From an uncultured Actinomycetes bacterium (GTDB lineage Bacteria > Actinomycetota > Coriobacteriia > Anaerosomatales > CAVRZR01): 64,000 nucleotides of DNA. The notes beneath the pieces were generated by a model. It made no database searches. It was not told the DNA's origin and worked only from the letters and a program-made list of their open reading frames with translations. The DNA lies in assembly GCA_963809535.1 (NCBI GenBank), contig CAWEJW010000003.1, forward strand, positions 116,031-180,030, in the 5' to 3' direction. A program made the position numbers and the translations under genes. Below are positions 63,903-64,000 of the stretch, in pieces; positions within the stretch are counted from its first letter, which is position 1, and each line of letters begins with the position of its first letter.

Positions 63903-64000
63903 ATGAGGAAGCGGGCTACACAGACAACGCTTGGCGATGCCCTCTGGGGATACCTCAGACGGGTCGACAAGAAGGGGGATCTTGCACGGGCGCAAGTGGC
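63903..64000 (+). CDS. DUF721/DciA-like protein, N-terminal fragment (runs off the window end)
   Basis: MRKRATQTTLGDALWGYLRRVDKKGDLARAQV. The position after recF matches the actinobacterial DUF721 gene. Only 32 codons are visible. Confidence 0.5.
   Translation, partial: MRKRATQTTLGDALWGYLRRVDKKGDLARAQV

Overview
High-GC (about 65%) chromosomal window on the replication-origin side of a Gram-positive-type anaerobe, probably Actinomycetota (Coriobacteriia-like). This placement rests on PafB/PafC-like WYL regulators, TAnnnT promoters, FeoAB and rubrerythrin. It is core genome: I saw no transposase, integrase, CRISPR array or rRNA. Main blocks are: purA; a YbhGFSR-like HlyD/ABC-2 efflux operon with a TetR regulator; dnaB; rpsF-ssb-rpsR-DUF2232-rplI; tRNA-Gly(CCC); a trkA-trkA-trkH operon; a GGDEF protein; an M28 peptidase; a Crp/Fnr regulator divergent from a ygbA-like/ferredoxin operon; pafB/pafC-like genes; dinG; feoAB; a P-type ATPase; ddl; htrA; reverse rubrerythrin; rlmN; addAB; and the oriC neighbourhood (parB-parA-rsmG-jag-yidC-yidD-rnpA-rpmH / dnaA-dnaN-recF-DUF721). 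Main signals found beyond the ORF track: (1) a glutaredoxin-like gene whose first active-site Cys codon is TGA, followed by a SECIS-like hairpin, so a likely selenoprotein; (2) a GHKL-ATPase plus wHTH gene sitting inside the origin, between a DnaA-box cluster and dnaA; (3) a PafBC/RecA-NDp-type promoter motif (TGTCAG..-N8-TAnnnT) repeated in front of dnaB, dinG and addB, next to the pafBC-like pair; (4) a perfect Cheo/LexA box on the promoter of an M23 peptidase; (5) a yybP-ykoY Mn2+ riboswitch with terminator in front of the P-type ATPase; (6) two parS sites; (7) an FNR/Dnr-type box; (8) a frameshifted addA; (9) several small unlisted ORFs (a Feo-coupled Cys-rich protein, a trk-operon micro-membrane protein, a DUF5679 zinc ribbon). 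All functional calls come from reading the translations and motifs by eye. No database search was run.
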